From NCBI GenBank assembly GCA_044344255.1, contig JBIJDH010000004.1:160001-224000 (forward strand): a stretch of DNA of 64,000 bases, written 5' to 3'. Made by a program: the position numbers and the translations under genes. Source of the stretch: Myxococcota bacterium. GTDB lineage: Bacteria; Myxococcota_A; UBA796; UBA2385. The notes under the pieces are model-generated. The model did no database searches. It worked only from the letters and a program-made list of their open reading frames with translations, and was not told the origin of the DNA. Each line of letters starts with the position of its first letter. Within the stretch, counting starts at the first letter, position 1. Below are positions 21,477-31,217 of the stretch, in pieces.

Positions 21477-22136
21477 TTAGAAGAAGGTCCAGTCGCCGAC
21501 CGGCTCGCCCTTCTGCTTCTTCTCGGCGATGAGGTAGGCGTCGGCTGCGGAGATGAGGTTCACGAGGCCGAAGAGGCAGCAGGTGAAGACGCCAACGCCG
21601 AGGAGCGCGCCCCCCTTCAGGGTCTGCCCGGCCCAGATCTGACCGGCGCCGGGGATGATCAGGCTGGCCAGCGCGGCGAGGACGGGGCTCGGGCCCGACG
21701 CAGGGACGACCCCTGTGACCGCCGGCGCCGCGCTGCTCCCGGTCGTCAGCGGCGCGGGGACCGACAACGGCGTGGGGGCGGAGGCCGTCGATTTCAACGG
21801 CGCGGCGGGCGTCGCGACCGGTTTTGTCGCCTCGGCCGCGACGGTCCGAGCTTCCTGGGCGAGGCGCGGATCGGGCGCCATCACGGTGCGGGCCTCCTCG
21901 AGGTCGGTGTAGGAGGGCATCAGCTCGGGCACCGGGGCCAGCGGCCGCACAGGCGCCGCCGCGGGCGGCGGTGGCGTGGCCGCGCGGCTCGGGACCTGGG
22001 TCGGCGCAGCTTCGGCGGAGGGGTCCTCCGGGGGTGGCGGGGCCTGCGGCGCCCGGCGTGCGGGTACGGCCTCAGCCATGCCCCCTGCGTACAGGCTGAG
22101 GTCTTCGTCCGGGGAGACCTGAATGTGCTTGGGCAT
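21477..22136 (-). CDS. Pro/Ala-rich protein with C-terminal TM2-like hairpin
   Basis: LASLIIPGAGQIWAGQTLKG..SAADAY C-terminal motif after a low-complexity region. Confidence 0.7.
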   Translation of the reverse strand: MPKHIQVSPDEDLSLYAGGMAEAVPARRAPQAPPPPEDPSAEAAPTQVPSRAATPPPPAAAPVRPLAPVPELMPSYTDLEEARTVMAPDPRLAQEARTVAAEATKPVATPAAPLKSTASAPTPLSVPAPLTTGSSAAPAVTGVVPASGPSPVLAALASLIIPGAGQIWAGQTLKGGALLGVGVFTCCLFGLVNLISAADAYLIAEKKQKGEPVGDWTFF

Positions 22137-22217
22137 CTCAGCACCGGGGCGGGAGGACGAGGGGCCTATCCGCCCGGACCCAGGCCCGGCAACTCGACCA
22201 GAGCGGCGCGCTCCGGC

Positions 22218-23699
22218 TCAAGCCCGGCCGAAGAGCCCGCGTTGGCGGAGCTTCACGACCTCCTTGCGCAGGTTCTCCACGTCGTGCTCGAGGCGCGCGC
22301 GGAGCTCGTCCATGGAGAGGAGCTCCGCGCTCTTCTTCTCAAGGTCCGCGCGGAGGAGGCCGACCTCGCGCTCGGCCTCTCGGAGGGTGCGGTGGGCGCG
22401 CTCCGACTGCCCCCCCAGGACCGCGATCGCCTCCCGCTTGAAACCAGCCACCTCGTCGATGGCCCGGCTGAGGCGCGTGTTGACCTCGATGAGGTCTTGG
22501 ACCTGCCCGTTCAGACGAGTGACCTCCTGGCGCTTGAGCTCGACCTCGGCCTCGGCGCGGGCGCTCGCTTCTACTGCGGCCTCGGCGCGGGCTCCCGCGC
22601 TTGCAGCCTCGCGGCTCTCGCGTGCGGCATCGACCAGCAGTGAGCTTCCGCGTGGGTGTCGGGTCGGCTTGGCCATCCAGGCCACGAGGGGCGCGAGGGC
22701 GACCGCCGGAGAGAGAGGGCCGCGCGCCAATTGGAGAGCCGCGGTCGCGCGCGACGCGAGGCCGGCGGGGTCACTCAGCGCGTCGCAGAGGGTCTCCTCC
22801 ACCGCCTCCTCGCTCACGGTCCATCCGGCCTCGCCGAGCAGGTCGCCGAGCGCCGAGTCCGGGCCGGTGAGGATCGGCAGGCCACAGGCCAGCCAATCGA
22901 CCTGCCGGAAGGAGAGGGCCATGCTCCGCTCGGGGTTGGGGGTCATCCAGTCGAAGGCGAGGGTCGATTCGGAGTACTCGGCGAGGAGCTGATCCCAGCC
23001 CAGCCAGCCCGGCTGACGGAGGCGAGGGTGCTCGAGCCTCTCGGGCGCGCTCGAGTCGCCCTCGCCGAGCAGCGGCGGGCCGCCGTACCACCAGAGCTCA
23101 CCGCGACCGAGGCGATCGAGGGCCCGCAGCGCGGCGCGCAGGCCGGGGGTGGGGTCTTGCCAGGGCCATCGCGCGCCGCCCGTGACGACGCGGGGCTCCA
23201 TCGGCGGCCTCGGCGGCGGGGCCACAGGGGCGACGAGGGGCAAGGTGAGCGTCGGATCTTGACGGGTGTCGATGCCGGCGAGCGCGAGCAGGCCGAGCCA
23301 GTGCCAGCGCTGGCGGACGTTGCTGACGAGGAAGACGTCCCCCAGCGAGAGGGCGTGCAGGGTCTGGGTGGCCTCCCGCGCCAAGGTGCCGCTGTAGGCG
23401 CCCTCGATCAGGCGCGGCGCGTAGAGGTCGACCGCGAGGGGCAGGCGCAGCGCCGCCAGGGCGGGTACGTCCTCGATCTGCACCGCCAACACCCGATCGG
23501 GTCGGAGCGCGCCTGCCTTGCGGACGAGGTCTGGCGGGCTCCGGAAGCCCCCCGGCGCGTCTTGATGCCGAGTCAGGTAGGCGACCTCGAAGCCGGCGGC
23601 CTGCAGCGCGCGGCCGTGGTTCCAGGCTCGGAGGGCGCCGCCGGTGACAGGCTGACCCGGGGCGGGGAGACGGCCGTGATGGACGATGAGGACGCGCAT
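22218..23699 (-). CDS. GT-B (GT4-like) glycosyltransferase with C-terminal coiled coil
   Basis: MRVLIV start, GGALRAW, VDLYAP, FRQVDWLACGLPIL; heptad-rich last ~125 aa. Confidence 0.75.
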   Translation of the reverse strand: MRVLIVHHGRLPAPGQPVTGGALRAWNHGRALQAAGFEVAYLTRHQDAPGGFRSPPDLVRKAGALRPDRVLAVQIEDVPALAALRLPLAVDLYAPRLIEGAYSGTLAREATQTLHALSLGDVFLVSNVRQRWHWLGLLALAGIDTRQDPTLTLPLVAPVAPPPRPPMEPRVVTGGARWPWQDPTPGLRAALRALDRLGRGELWWYGGPPLLGEGDSSAPERLEHPRLRQPGWLGWDQLLAEYSESTLAFDWMTPNPERSMALSFRQVDWLACGLPILTGPDSALGDLLGEAGWTVSEEAVEETLCDALSDPAGLASRATAALQLARGPLSPAVALAPLVAWMAKPTRHPRGSSLLVDAARESREAASAGARAEAAVEASARAEAEVELKRQEVTRLNGQVQDLIEVNTRLSRAIDEVAGFKREAIAVLGGQSERAHRTLREAEREVGLLRADLEKKSAELLSMDELRARLEHDVENLRKEVVKLRQRGLFGRA

Positions 23700-23816
23700 C
23701 GGGGGAGACTACCGCGCGGGCCCGCCTCCGGGCGAGTGTCCGGAGCCCCGGCTGGGCCGTGGACCGTCCTGAATCAGCCTCCGGGGCGCTCACCGGACTT
23801 CGGGTGGTCGCTCACC

Positions 23817-23845
23817 GGAGGCGACCCTCTCGCCTCCAAGTTTTT
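23817..23845 (+). terminator. terminator-like hairpin in a divergent intergenic region
   Basis: GGAGGCGA-CCCTC-TCGCCTCC followed by AAGTTTTT. Confidence 0.5.
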
Positions 23846-24262
23846 CCCGTTCCCTCTGCCCTATCCCGGACTCTCTATTGACATCGGCTTGCACGCTCAA
23901 ATGGTCCAGGCGCGAATTACTTTCGCTTGAAGTGGCCCTTCGAGACGCCCGTGGTGACGGACCTGCGTCGTCACTCGGGCGCGGACCGAGCGGAGGACAA
24001 CGACTGGATCCTCTCCTTCGAGCTGTGAAGGGCCGGGTGACCTCGAGAGATGTCCGCCTTCGTCTCCGACTTGGACACGCCGTCGCCGACGTCACTCTGA
24101 CCTCGGTTTAGATGAGATCGATGGGATGCGGATCTTGGGACAACGCCCCCTCCGGGCCGGAGCCTTTCCGCGCCGCTGTATTTTTGGTGTCGGACCCTTT
24201 CCTCCTGTGGGGAATGAGATAGGCAGGAGCCGCTGTCAGCCAATCTCACCCACGAGGTTCCC

Positions 24263-25105
24263 GTGAAGATCTCTGTTCAAGGTATTGTCGCCGAAGGCGG
24301 CCCGGATGAGCTCGCCCAGTTCTGTCGCGCCCTCGCTGGCATCTCCCTCGTCGCCGAGGCCGCGCTGGTCGCCCCCGTGGCCCCCGCGCCCCTCGCGAGC
24401 CCCGCGGCCATCGAGGCTCCGGCCCCCCTCGCCAGCCCCGAGCCCTCGGCGGCTCCCGAGGCCCTCTCGGAAGGTGAGCCTGTCGTCGTCGCGGTCGAGG
24501 CCCCTGTGGAGGAGGCCCCTGTCGCGGCGGCCCCTGTGGAAGCGGCCCCTGTCGCAGCGGCCCCTGTCGCAGCGGCCCCTGTGAAGGAGGCTCCTGTCGC
24601 GGCGTCCCCTGTCGCGGAGGCTCCGGCCGCTCCCGTGAAGCGAGGCCGCGGTCGCCCCCGGAAGAATCCCCTCCCGGTCGCCGCCGCGCCGGCCCCTGTC
24701 GCCGCGCCGGCCCCCGCCGCCGCGCCGGCCCCTGTCGCCGCGCCGGCCCCTGTCGCCGCGCCGGCCCCCGTCGTCGCGCCGGCCCCCGTCGTCGCGCCCG
24801 TGGCGGCGGCGCCGGTCGCCCCCTCGGGCCCGATGCTCTCTGGCTCCGCTCTCCTCAGCGTCGCGGACGCCCTCGAGGAGCGCCTCAGCGGCGCCCGGGC
24901 CGCCTACCTCGCCATCGCCGCCTCCGGCGCGGCGGGCATCCTGGCCGCCGAGGCCATGCGCAAGGCGGAGCTCCCCTCTCGCCATGTCGGCGCCTTCCTC
25001 TCCGCGATCCGGGCCTACTCGCAGACCAAGGCGATCGCCGAGAGCTCGCTCATCCGTCGCCAGCCCACCAAGGAAGGCGTTCGTTTCTTCCTGACCCACG
25101 GCTGA
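24263..25105 (+). CDS. Ala/Pro-rich protein with AT-hook
   Basis: GAGG before GTG; KRGRGRPRK AT-hook flanked by (APVAA)n/(APAPVA)n; C-terminal possible winged helix. Confidence 0.75.
   Translation: MKISVQGIVAEGGPDELAQFCRALAGISLVAEAALVAPVAPAPLASPAAIEAPAPLASPEPSAAPEALSEGEPVVVAVEAPVEEAPVAAAPVEAAPVAAAPVAAAPVKEAPVAASPVAEAPAAPVKRGRGRPRKNPLPVAAAPAPVAAPAPAAAPAPVAAPAPVAAPAPVVAPAPVVAPVAAAPVAPSGPMLSGSALLSVADALEERLSGARAAYLAIAASGAAGILAAEAMRKAELPSRHVGAFLSAIRAYSQTKAIAESSLIRRQPTKEGVRFFLTHG
24495..24820 (+). repeat. intragenic 15-bp and 18-bp tandem repeats
   Basis: gcccctgtcgcagcg-type units (APVAA) and gccgcgccggcccctgtc-type units (AAPAPV); boundaries approximate. Confidence 0.75.
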
Positions 25106-25144
25106 GGCTCGGGGGCGCGTCTCCGAACCTGGAGAGGCCGAGTG

Positions 25145-25180
25145 GAGGGCGTCCCTTTGCGGGGGCGCCCTCTTCTTCTT
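25145..25180 (+). terminator. intrinsic terminator between convergent genes
   Basis: GAGGGCGTCCC / GGGGGCGCCCTC stem followed by TTCTTCTT. Confidence 0.75.
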
Positions 25181-25881
25181 TAGGCGTACCCACCTCTACG
25201 ATCGTGGCGGCGGATGCGCGCGAGGTCGATCAACATCGGGATCGGGTCGCGGAGGAGGTCGACCCGCGTGTCGATCGAATTGACCCAGCTCACCGGCAGG
25301 CCCCGCACGGACAGGCCGAGCCTCCGGAGGATGACCAGCACCTCGACGTCAAAGGCGAAGCCATCGATGATGGAGCGGGAGAACACGGCCTCGGCGGCCT
25401 CGGCGCGGAAGAGCTTGAAGCCGCACTGGGTGTCGGTGAGCTCGGTGAGGCCGGCCCGGTGGACGGCGTGCGCGAAGGCGCCGCCCACCGCCGCCCGCGC
25501 TCGGTTGCGCAGCGTGGCCGGCATCAGCGAGCGTCGAAGGCCGATGGCGGCGGCGTGGCCCTCTCCGAGGGCGGCCTCGAGCGCGCCGAGCTCCTCGAGG
25601 GGGGTGGGCAGGTCGGCGTCGGTCATCAAGCGGAGCGCCCCCTCCGCCTCCAGCATCCCTGCGCGCACCGCCGCGCCCTTGCCGCGGTTGCGGGGCAGCA
25701 CCACGGTCCGGCAGCCGTGGGCCTGGGCGATGGCCGCGGTGCCGTCTGTGCTGCCATCGTCGACGACGACGACCTCGACGAGCCGCGCCTCGGCGTCCGC
25801 CCAGGCCCGCACCCGGGAGAGGGTGCCGGGGAGGCGACGCGACTCGTTCCAGGCCGGGATGATGATCGAGAGCGCTGGAAT
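25180..25881 (-). CDS. GT2 dolichyl/polyprenyl-phosphate glycosyltransferase (DPG-synthase-like)
   Basis: LSIIIPAWNE, VVDDGSTDGT, NRGKGAAVRAG, DAD, DTQCGFKLF, GFAFDVE. The conserved N-terminus lies upstream of the GTG at 25812; start tentatively set at ATT 25881. Confidence 0.88.
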   Translation of the reverse strand: MPALSIIIPAWNESRRLPGTLSRVRAWADAEARLVEVVVVDDGSTDGTAAIAQAHGCRTVVLPRNRGKGAAVRAGMLEAEGALRLMTDADLPTPLEELGALEAALGEGHAAAIGLRRSLMPATLRNRARAAVGGAFAHAVHRAGLTELTDTQCGFKLFRAEAAEAVFSRSIIDGFAFDVEVLVILRRLGLSVRGLPVSWVNSIDTRVDLLRDPIPMLIDLARIRRHDRRGGYA

Positions 25882-25890
25882 GGGGAGGGC

Positions 25891-27519
25891 CTACTTCCCG
25901 CCGCCCAGGCTGGAGAAGAAGTCATTCCCCTTGTCGTCGGTGACGATGAAAGCGGGGAAGTCCTCTACTTCGATGTACCACACCGCCTCCATGCCGAGCT
26001 CGGCGTAGTCGAGCACCTCTACCTTTCGGATGTTGTTCTGGGCGAGGATCGCGGCGGGGCCGCCGATGGAGCCGAGATAGAAGCCGCCGTTCTTCTTGCA
26101 GGCGTCCACCACGGCCTTGCCGCGGTTGCCCTTGGCCAGCATGATGTGGCTGCCGCCATGGGCCTGGAGGAGCTCGACGTAGGCGTCCATGCGGCCGGCC
26201 GTGGTCGGTCCGAAGGAGCCCGAGGCGTAGCCCTCCGGGGTCTTGGCCGGTCCGGCATAATACACGGGGTGCTTCCGCAGATAGTCGGGGAGGCCCTCTC
26301 CGCGATCGAGGCGCTCCTTGAATTTCGCGTGGGCGATGTCGCGGGCGACGACCATCGGGCCGGAGAGGGAGAGGCGGGTCTGGACGGGGTAGCGGGAGAG
26401 GGTCTCCCGGATCTGGGCCATGGGCTGGTTGAGATCGATCCGTACGACATCGGCGGAGAGGTCGGCCGAGCTGGGCTCGGGGAGGAAACGCGCGGGATCC
26501 GCCTCGAGCTGCTCGAGGAAGACTCCCTCCTCGGTGATCTTCCCCAGCGCCTGGCGGTCGGCCGAGCAGGAGACGCCGATGCCGACCGGGCAAGAGGCGC
26601 CGTGGCGGGGCAAGCGGATGACCCGCACGTCGTGGCAGAAGTACTTTCCGCCGAACTGCGCGCCGATCCCCGTCTTGGCAGCCAACTCGAAGATCTGCTG
26701 CTCGAGCGCGACGTCGCGGATCGCGTGGCCGAGCCGGTTGCCCTCGGTGGGCAGGCCGTCGAGGCTGCGGCAGCTCGCGAGCTTCACCGTCTTCAGGGTC
26801 ATCTCGGCGGAGGTGCCCCCAATGACGATGGCGAGGTGGTAGGGCGGACAGGCCGAGGTGCCGAGGCTGCGCAGCTTCTCGGCGACGAAGGCGAGGAGGG
26901 AGGCCGGGTTCAGGAGGGCCTTCGTCTCCTGATACAGGAAGGTCTTGTTCGCCGAGCCGCCGCCCTTGGTGATGAAGAGGAACTTGTAGGCCTCTCCCCG
27001 CGTGGCGTAGAGCTCGATCTGCGCCGGAAGATTGGTGCCCGTGTTCACCTCGTTGAAGGTAGACAGGGGCGCCATCTGACTGTAGCGGAGGTTCGTGCGG
27101 GTGTAGGTGTCGTATACGCCTTGGCTGATCGCGGCTTCGTCATCGCCGCTCGTCCAGACCTGCTGGCCCTTCTTGCCCACCACGATCGCAGTGCCGGTGT
27201 CCTGGCAGGAGGGGAGGACCATGCCGGCGGAGATGTTGGCGTTCAGCAACATCTGGCGAGCCACGAAGCGGTCATTGGGCGAGGCCTCGGGGTCGCCGAG
27301 GATCTTGTTGAGCTGGCCGAGGTGGCCGGGGCGGAAGAGGTGCGAGATGTCCCGGATCGCCGAGGCGGTGAGCAGGCGGAGTGCGGAGACGTCGACCTCG
27401 AGGATCCGGCGGTCGCCGAAGCGCTTCACCTCGACGAAGTCTCCGCCGAGCCGACGGTAGACCGTGGGGTCGTCGTGGGTGGGGAACATCTCTTGGTATT
27501 GAAAGGCCGGCGTGCTCAT
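25891..27519 (-). CDS. fumA: class I (Fe-S) fumarate hydratase
   Basis: [50 protein letters not shown]. FumA and FumB cannot be distinguished from sequence. Confidence 0.95.
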   Translation of the reverse strand: MSTPAFQYQEMFPTHDDPTVYRRLGGDFVEVKRFGDRRILEVDVSALRLLTASAIRDISHLFRPGHLGQLNKILGDPEASPNDRFVARQMLLNANISAGMVLPSCQDTGTAIVVGKKGQQVWTSGDDEAAISQGVYDTYTRTNLRYSQMAPLSTFNEVNTGTNLPAQIELYATRGEAYKFLFITKGGGSANKTFLYQETKALLNPASLLAFVAEKLRSLGTSACPPYHLAIVIGGTSAEMTLKTVKLASCRSLDGLPTEGNRLGHAIRDVALEQQIFELAAKTGIGAQFGGKYFCHDVRVIRLPRHGASCPVGIGVSCSADRQALGKITEEGVFLEQLEADPARFLPEPSSADLSADVVRIDLNQPMAQIRETLSRYPVQTRLSLSGPMVVARDIAHAKFKERLDRGEGLPDYLRKHPVYYAGPAKTPEGYASGSFGPTTAGRMDAYVELLQAHGGSHIMLAKGNRGKAVVDACKKNGGFYLGSIGGPAAILAQNNIRKVEVLDYAELGMEAVWYIEVEDFPAFIVTDDKGNDFFSSLGGGK

Positions 27520-27596
27520 CGGGGCTCCGAGAATTCGGGAGGGCTCGGGGGAGTCAGGGGGGCTGACTAACGCGAGGGGTGGGGTAGAGGGGAGCG

Positions 27597-29690
27597 ATGC
27601 GCAGCAAGGCCGAGCTCGAGCGGGACAGCCGCATGTTCCTGTCGAGGCTCCTCAACCGGAGCCTCGCGCCGCCCGACCGAGTGAGCCTCAACGTGACGCT
27701 GCGGTGCAACCTCTCCTGCACCATGTGCACCACCTGCTACGACAGCCCTGAGCTCAGCACCGACGAGATCAAGGGCATCATCGATCAGACCCGCGCCTGG
27801 GGGGTCAAGGTCTTCAACCCGCTGGGCGGCGAGCCCTTCATGCGGGCCGACATCGAGGAGCTCCTCGCGTACGCCGTGCGCGGCGGCTTTTACGTCACGG
27901 TCACCACCAACGGCACGCTCATCACCGAGCGCCGGGCCCGCTCGATCGCCGCGGTGCCGGCCGATCGGCTCCACTTCAACCTCTCCCTCGACGGAGATGA
28001 GCAGAGCCACGATCTCATCCGCTCGCGGGGCATGTGGCGGCGGGCCATCCAGGGCTTCGAGCGGATTCGAGAGGCCGACGCGGCCGCCGGCAACCCCCGC
28101 CGAAAGGTGCTCGCCAACACCATCCTCCACGCGGCGAACCTCGAACGTTTCACCGACATCCTCGACGAGCAGGCGGCGCTCGGCTTGGACGGGGTGCAGA
28201 TCCTCACCCTCTTTCGGGCCGGCTCGGACACCCCCCCTGAGTCGGCGAACCTCTGGCTCCAGCCCCGTCACATCCCGGCGGTCGAGTCGCTGGCCGCCGA
28301 GCTCGAGCGGCGGGCCCTCTCCCAGGGCCCATCGGGGTATCGCATCCAGAACACCGTGGAGGAGCTCCGCTTCATCCCGCGGTATTACCGCGACGAGCTC
28401 GGGCCGCTCGAGGCGCCCTGCTGGGCCGGCTGGAAGGAGCTCTACATCAACGCCGATGGCAGCGCCATCATGTGCGACGGGGAGCTCGACTTCCTGGCTG
28501 GGCGGTTCGGGAGCGCGCGTGAACAGACCCTGCGCCAGCTCTGGCAGAGCCCAGCGCTCCGCGAGCGGCGCTCGGTGGTCAAGGCGTGCAAGACCCCCTG
28601 TATCCAGACGTGCTACCTCCGCGGAAGCAGCGACTCCGGGGCTGCCCTCGCCGCGGACGGGGTGAAGATGGGCATCGGCGCTCTCTCATCGGCGGTGCGG
28701 CGGCGGGTGAGCGCGCGGCTGCCCGGCGTCGAGCGCCACCCCGACACCGTGCTGCGGCTGGAGCTCTCCGACGTCTGCCCCTGTGACTGGGAGGGCTGCG
28801 CCACCCCGCGGGTCCGTTGGGCGGCGCTCACGGGTGGCCTGCCCGAGCGGCCCGATGTCCAGAACTGGGCGAGCTTTCGCGATCGACGATACCTCGACTT
28901 CGGCCGCGGCTTCATGGGCTTCGAGGTGGTGCGCTCTGTCGTCCAGGATCTGCTGGACTCCCGGATTCAATTCGGCACCCTGTCCGTCTCCTGGCGGGGG
29001 GAGCCCTTGCTCCACCCCGAGGCGGAGCCCATCCTCCGATACCTGCTCGATCAAATCCACTCGGGGGGCCTCGCGGACCGCCTGCGGATCGAGACGGACG
29101 GCCGCTTCCTCACCCCAGGGCTGGCCGCCCTGTCGGCCCACCCGGCGGCCCAGGACTGGATCTTTGACCTCGATCGCGGGGATGGAGCCGGCCTCTCACG
29201 CCTCTGCGCGGCACGGGGTGGGGCCGCCCGCGTGCTCCTCGCCGTGTCGGCCTCGGGTGGCCTCGATCCCCGCGCCCTCACCCGCCGGTTCCCCGGCTTC
29301 GCGCCGGCGGCGGGGCGGATGCCGACGATCGGGGACCACCTGTGGTTCCGGCGCACAGACCATGAGCATTACGTCTCGAACGCCGAAGCCCGTCGGGAGC
29401 TCGCGCGGGTGGCCGCCCTGCTCGGGGTCGTGGCCGAGCTGGGAGAGGAGGATCGGCCCCGGCGCTGCCGCGCCCTCGAGCGCAGCCCGACGCTGAGCTG
29501 GGACGGCAAGCTCACGCTCTGTCCGCGCGACGTCCAGCTCCAGAACCGTGTCGGGGACGTCACGAGCGGCCGCCTCTCCGCGCTCTGGCGGGGTCTGGAG
29601 GCGGAGCGTACGGCCGCCCGGGCCCGCGGGGTGCCCGATCGGGCCCTCTGCCGCGACTGTCCTGCCCCCTGGAGCCCAAACCACGGCTGA
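27597..29690 (+). CDS. radical SAM/SPASM protein with a second degenerate radical SAM/SPASM module
   Basis: [39 protein letters not shown]; then [43 protein letters not shown]. Confidence 0.85.
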   Translation: MRSKAELERDSRMFLSRLLNRSLAPPDRVSLNVTLRCNLSCTMCTTCYDSPELSTDEIKGIIDQTRAWGVKVFNPLGGEPFMRADIEELLAYAVRGGFYVTVTTNGTLITERRARSIAAVPADRLHFNLSLDGDEQSHDLIRSRGMWRRAIQGFERIREADAAAGNPRRKVLANTILHAANLERFTDILDEQAALGLDGVQILTLFRAGSDTPPESANLWLQPRHIPAVESLAAELERRALSQGPSGYRIQNTVEELRFIPRYYRDELGPLEAPCWAGWKELYINADGSAIMCDGELDFLAGRFGSAREQTLRQLWQSPALRERRSVVKACKTPCIQTCYLRGSSDSGAALAADGVKMGIGALSSAVRRRVSARLPGVERHPDTVLRLELSDVCPCDWEGCATPRVRWAALTGGLPERPDVQNWASFRDRRYLDFGRGFMGFEVVRSVVQDLLDSRIQFGTLSVSWRGEPLLHPEAEPILRYLLDQIHSGGLADRLRIETDGRFLTPGLAALSAHPAAQDWIFDLDRGDGAGLSRLCAARGGAARVLLAVSASGGLDPRALTRRFPGFAPAAGRMPTIGDHLWFRRTDHEHYVSNAEARRELARVAALLGVVAELGEEDRPRRCRALERSPTLSWDGKLTLCPRDVQLQNRVGDVTSGRLSALWRGLEAERTAARARGVPDRALCRDCPAPWSPNHG

Positions 29691-29730
29691 TCGGCCTTCG
29701 TCGGGTCGGGGCGCCGCCGCTCCGAGAGGG

Positions 29731-31212
29731 TCAGTCGGGCCAGACCACCGTCGTCATCGCGGCCTCGAGCGCCGCGCGAAAGGCCCGGCGTCGAGGGAAA
29801 CGGCGGGCGAGGGCGACGGGGAAGGCCCGGGCCTCGTCGGGCTCCCCGGCGGCGGCCGCGGCCTCGGACCAGGCGGCGGCGAATTGGGCGACGCGGGCGT
29901 AGTCCTGGCCGACGCTGACCGTGCCATCGGCGCCGCGGATGAGCTCGTGGTGGGCCTGGGCGCGGAACCAGGCGGCGTCGGCCCGCCATCCGGGGTGGCG
30001 GGCGGCCACCGCGGCGAGCACGGAGGCTGGCTCCGCCTCCCGCTCGGACCAGGTCGGCCGCTCCGATCGGGGAAAGCCTAGGCGGGCGGCGCGCTCGATG
30101 GCTCCGCCGGCCGGGGGCGCCTGGCCGCCGAGCGCGAGGACCATCAGCGCGGCGAGCACCGGGGCGAAGGGGTGCTCGGGATCGGCGGCGTGGCGCGGAT
30201 CGGCCCCCTGCAGGCGCGCGAGGGCCACCTCGATCTCCCCGGCCAGCACCTCGAGCTGCACGAGGGTGTGCTGGTCGTCCTCCTCCTCGTAGGCCTGCGC
30301 CAGCGCCGCGCGCAGCGCCTCGGGCTCGGCGGCCGCGGCCATGCGGAGCAGGCGGTCGGCGGTCGGCGCGGCCTCCCAGGCCCGCCTCCGCGCCTCGGCC
30401 TCTCCTTCGGCGCCGGTCGACCAGCAAAGCGCGGCGAGGCGGTCGGCGAAGAGCGCGCGGGATCCCCAAGATTCGGCGTCTCGCTCCGCGGCCGCGGCGG
30501 CCTCCCGGGCCTCCGCCGCGCGGTCGCTGGCGACGAGGCCGGCGATGAGCTCGAGGTGGAGGTCGGGGAGGGCGCGGCCGGCTCGGGCGGCGATGGAGCG
30601 GAGCTCGGCGATCTCCCCCTCCGCGCGGGGCAGGCCGCCGATGAGCCGGGCGCGCAGCTCTCCCCACTCCGGGCTGTCGACGGGCACCTGGAGGAGGGCC
30701 GAACGCAGGCCGCGGTGAACCTCGGCCCATCCTTCGGGCGGGACGGGGTGGGCGTCTCGGATCGCCTCGACGTGGAGCGGCAGCCCCAGCCGGGCCGCGG
30801 CGTGGAGGGCCGTCGCCACGGCGTAGCAGCGGTGGTGCGCGCGCCGGGTGGAGAGGAGCGCGCGGCACCAGGCGGCGAGGTGCTGCGGCAGGTCGGCCTC
30901 CAGGAGCGCGGCGGGGGACTCGATCCCGCCGAAGCGGTCCTCGAGCAGGCCCGGCAGCAGCGTGGCCCAGAGCGAGGCGGCCACCGCGAAGTCACCTGCC
31001 CGGAAGAGAGACAAGGCCGTCGCGAGGAGCTCGTCGTAGGCGTGGACCCAGCCCGTGTCGCTCGGCGCGGAGGCACCCCGACGCCCGCGGTCGCTCACGG
31101 GGCCCTCGAAGCTGTCCCCGCGCGGGAGGGCGCGCAGGAGGTCCCGGGCGGCGGCCACGGGGTCCGCCGGCGCTGCGCTCTGGCGCCCGCGGCGATGGGC
31201 GGGTCGATCCAC
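29731..31212 (-). CDS. helical-repeat hypothetical protein
   Basis: Long ORF directly after dapB in operon orientation, Ala/Leu/Glu-rich helical composition. Start uncertain. Confidence 0.6.
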   Translation of the reverse strand: MDRPAHRRGRQSAAPADPVAAARDLLRALPRGDSFEGPVSDRGRRGASAPSDTGWVHAYDELLATALSLFRAGDFAVAASLWATLLPGLLEDRFGGIESPAALLEADLPQHLAAWCRALLSTRRAHHRCYAVATALHAAARLGLPLHVEAIRDAHPVPPEGWAEVHRGLRSALLQVPVDSPEWGELRARLIGGLPRAEGEIAELRSIAARAGRALPDLHLELIAGLVASDRAAEAREAAAAAERDAESWGSRALFADRLAALCWSTGAEGEAEARRRAWEAAPTADRLLRMAAAAEPEALRAALAQAYEEEDDQHTLVQLEVLAGEIEVALARLQGADPRHAADPEHPFAPVLAALMVLALGGQAPPAGGAIERAARLGFPRSERPTWSEREAEPASVLAAVAARHPGWRADAAWFRAQAHHELIRGADGTVSVGQDYARVAQFAAAWSEAAAAAGEPDEARAFPVALARRFPRRRAFRAALEAAMTTVVWPD

Positions 31213-31217
31213 CGGGC

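Noticed and set aside
23878..24111. 77-aa ORF starting at TTG
   Set aside because: No RBS, atypical codon usage, and the TTG is part of a TTGACA hexamer.
24495..24820. Repeat arrays (here and at 37140-37240) as CRISPR
   Set aside because: Units are 15 or 18 bp, in-frame, with no unique spacers and no cas genes.
25204..27570. 788-aa plus-strand ORF, and similar long shadows (38017..40644, 49692..52412, 5112..6527)
   Set aside because: Each fully overlaps a well-supported gene on the opposite strand.
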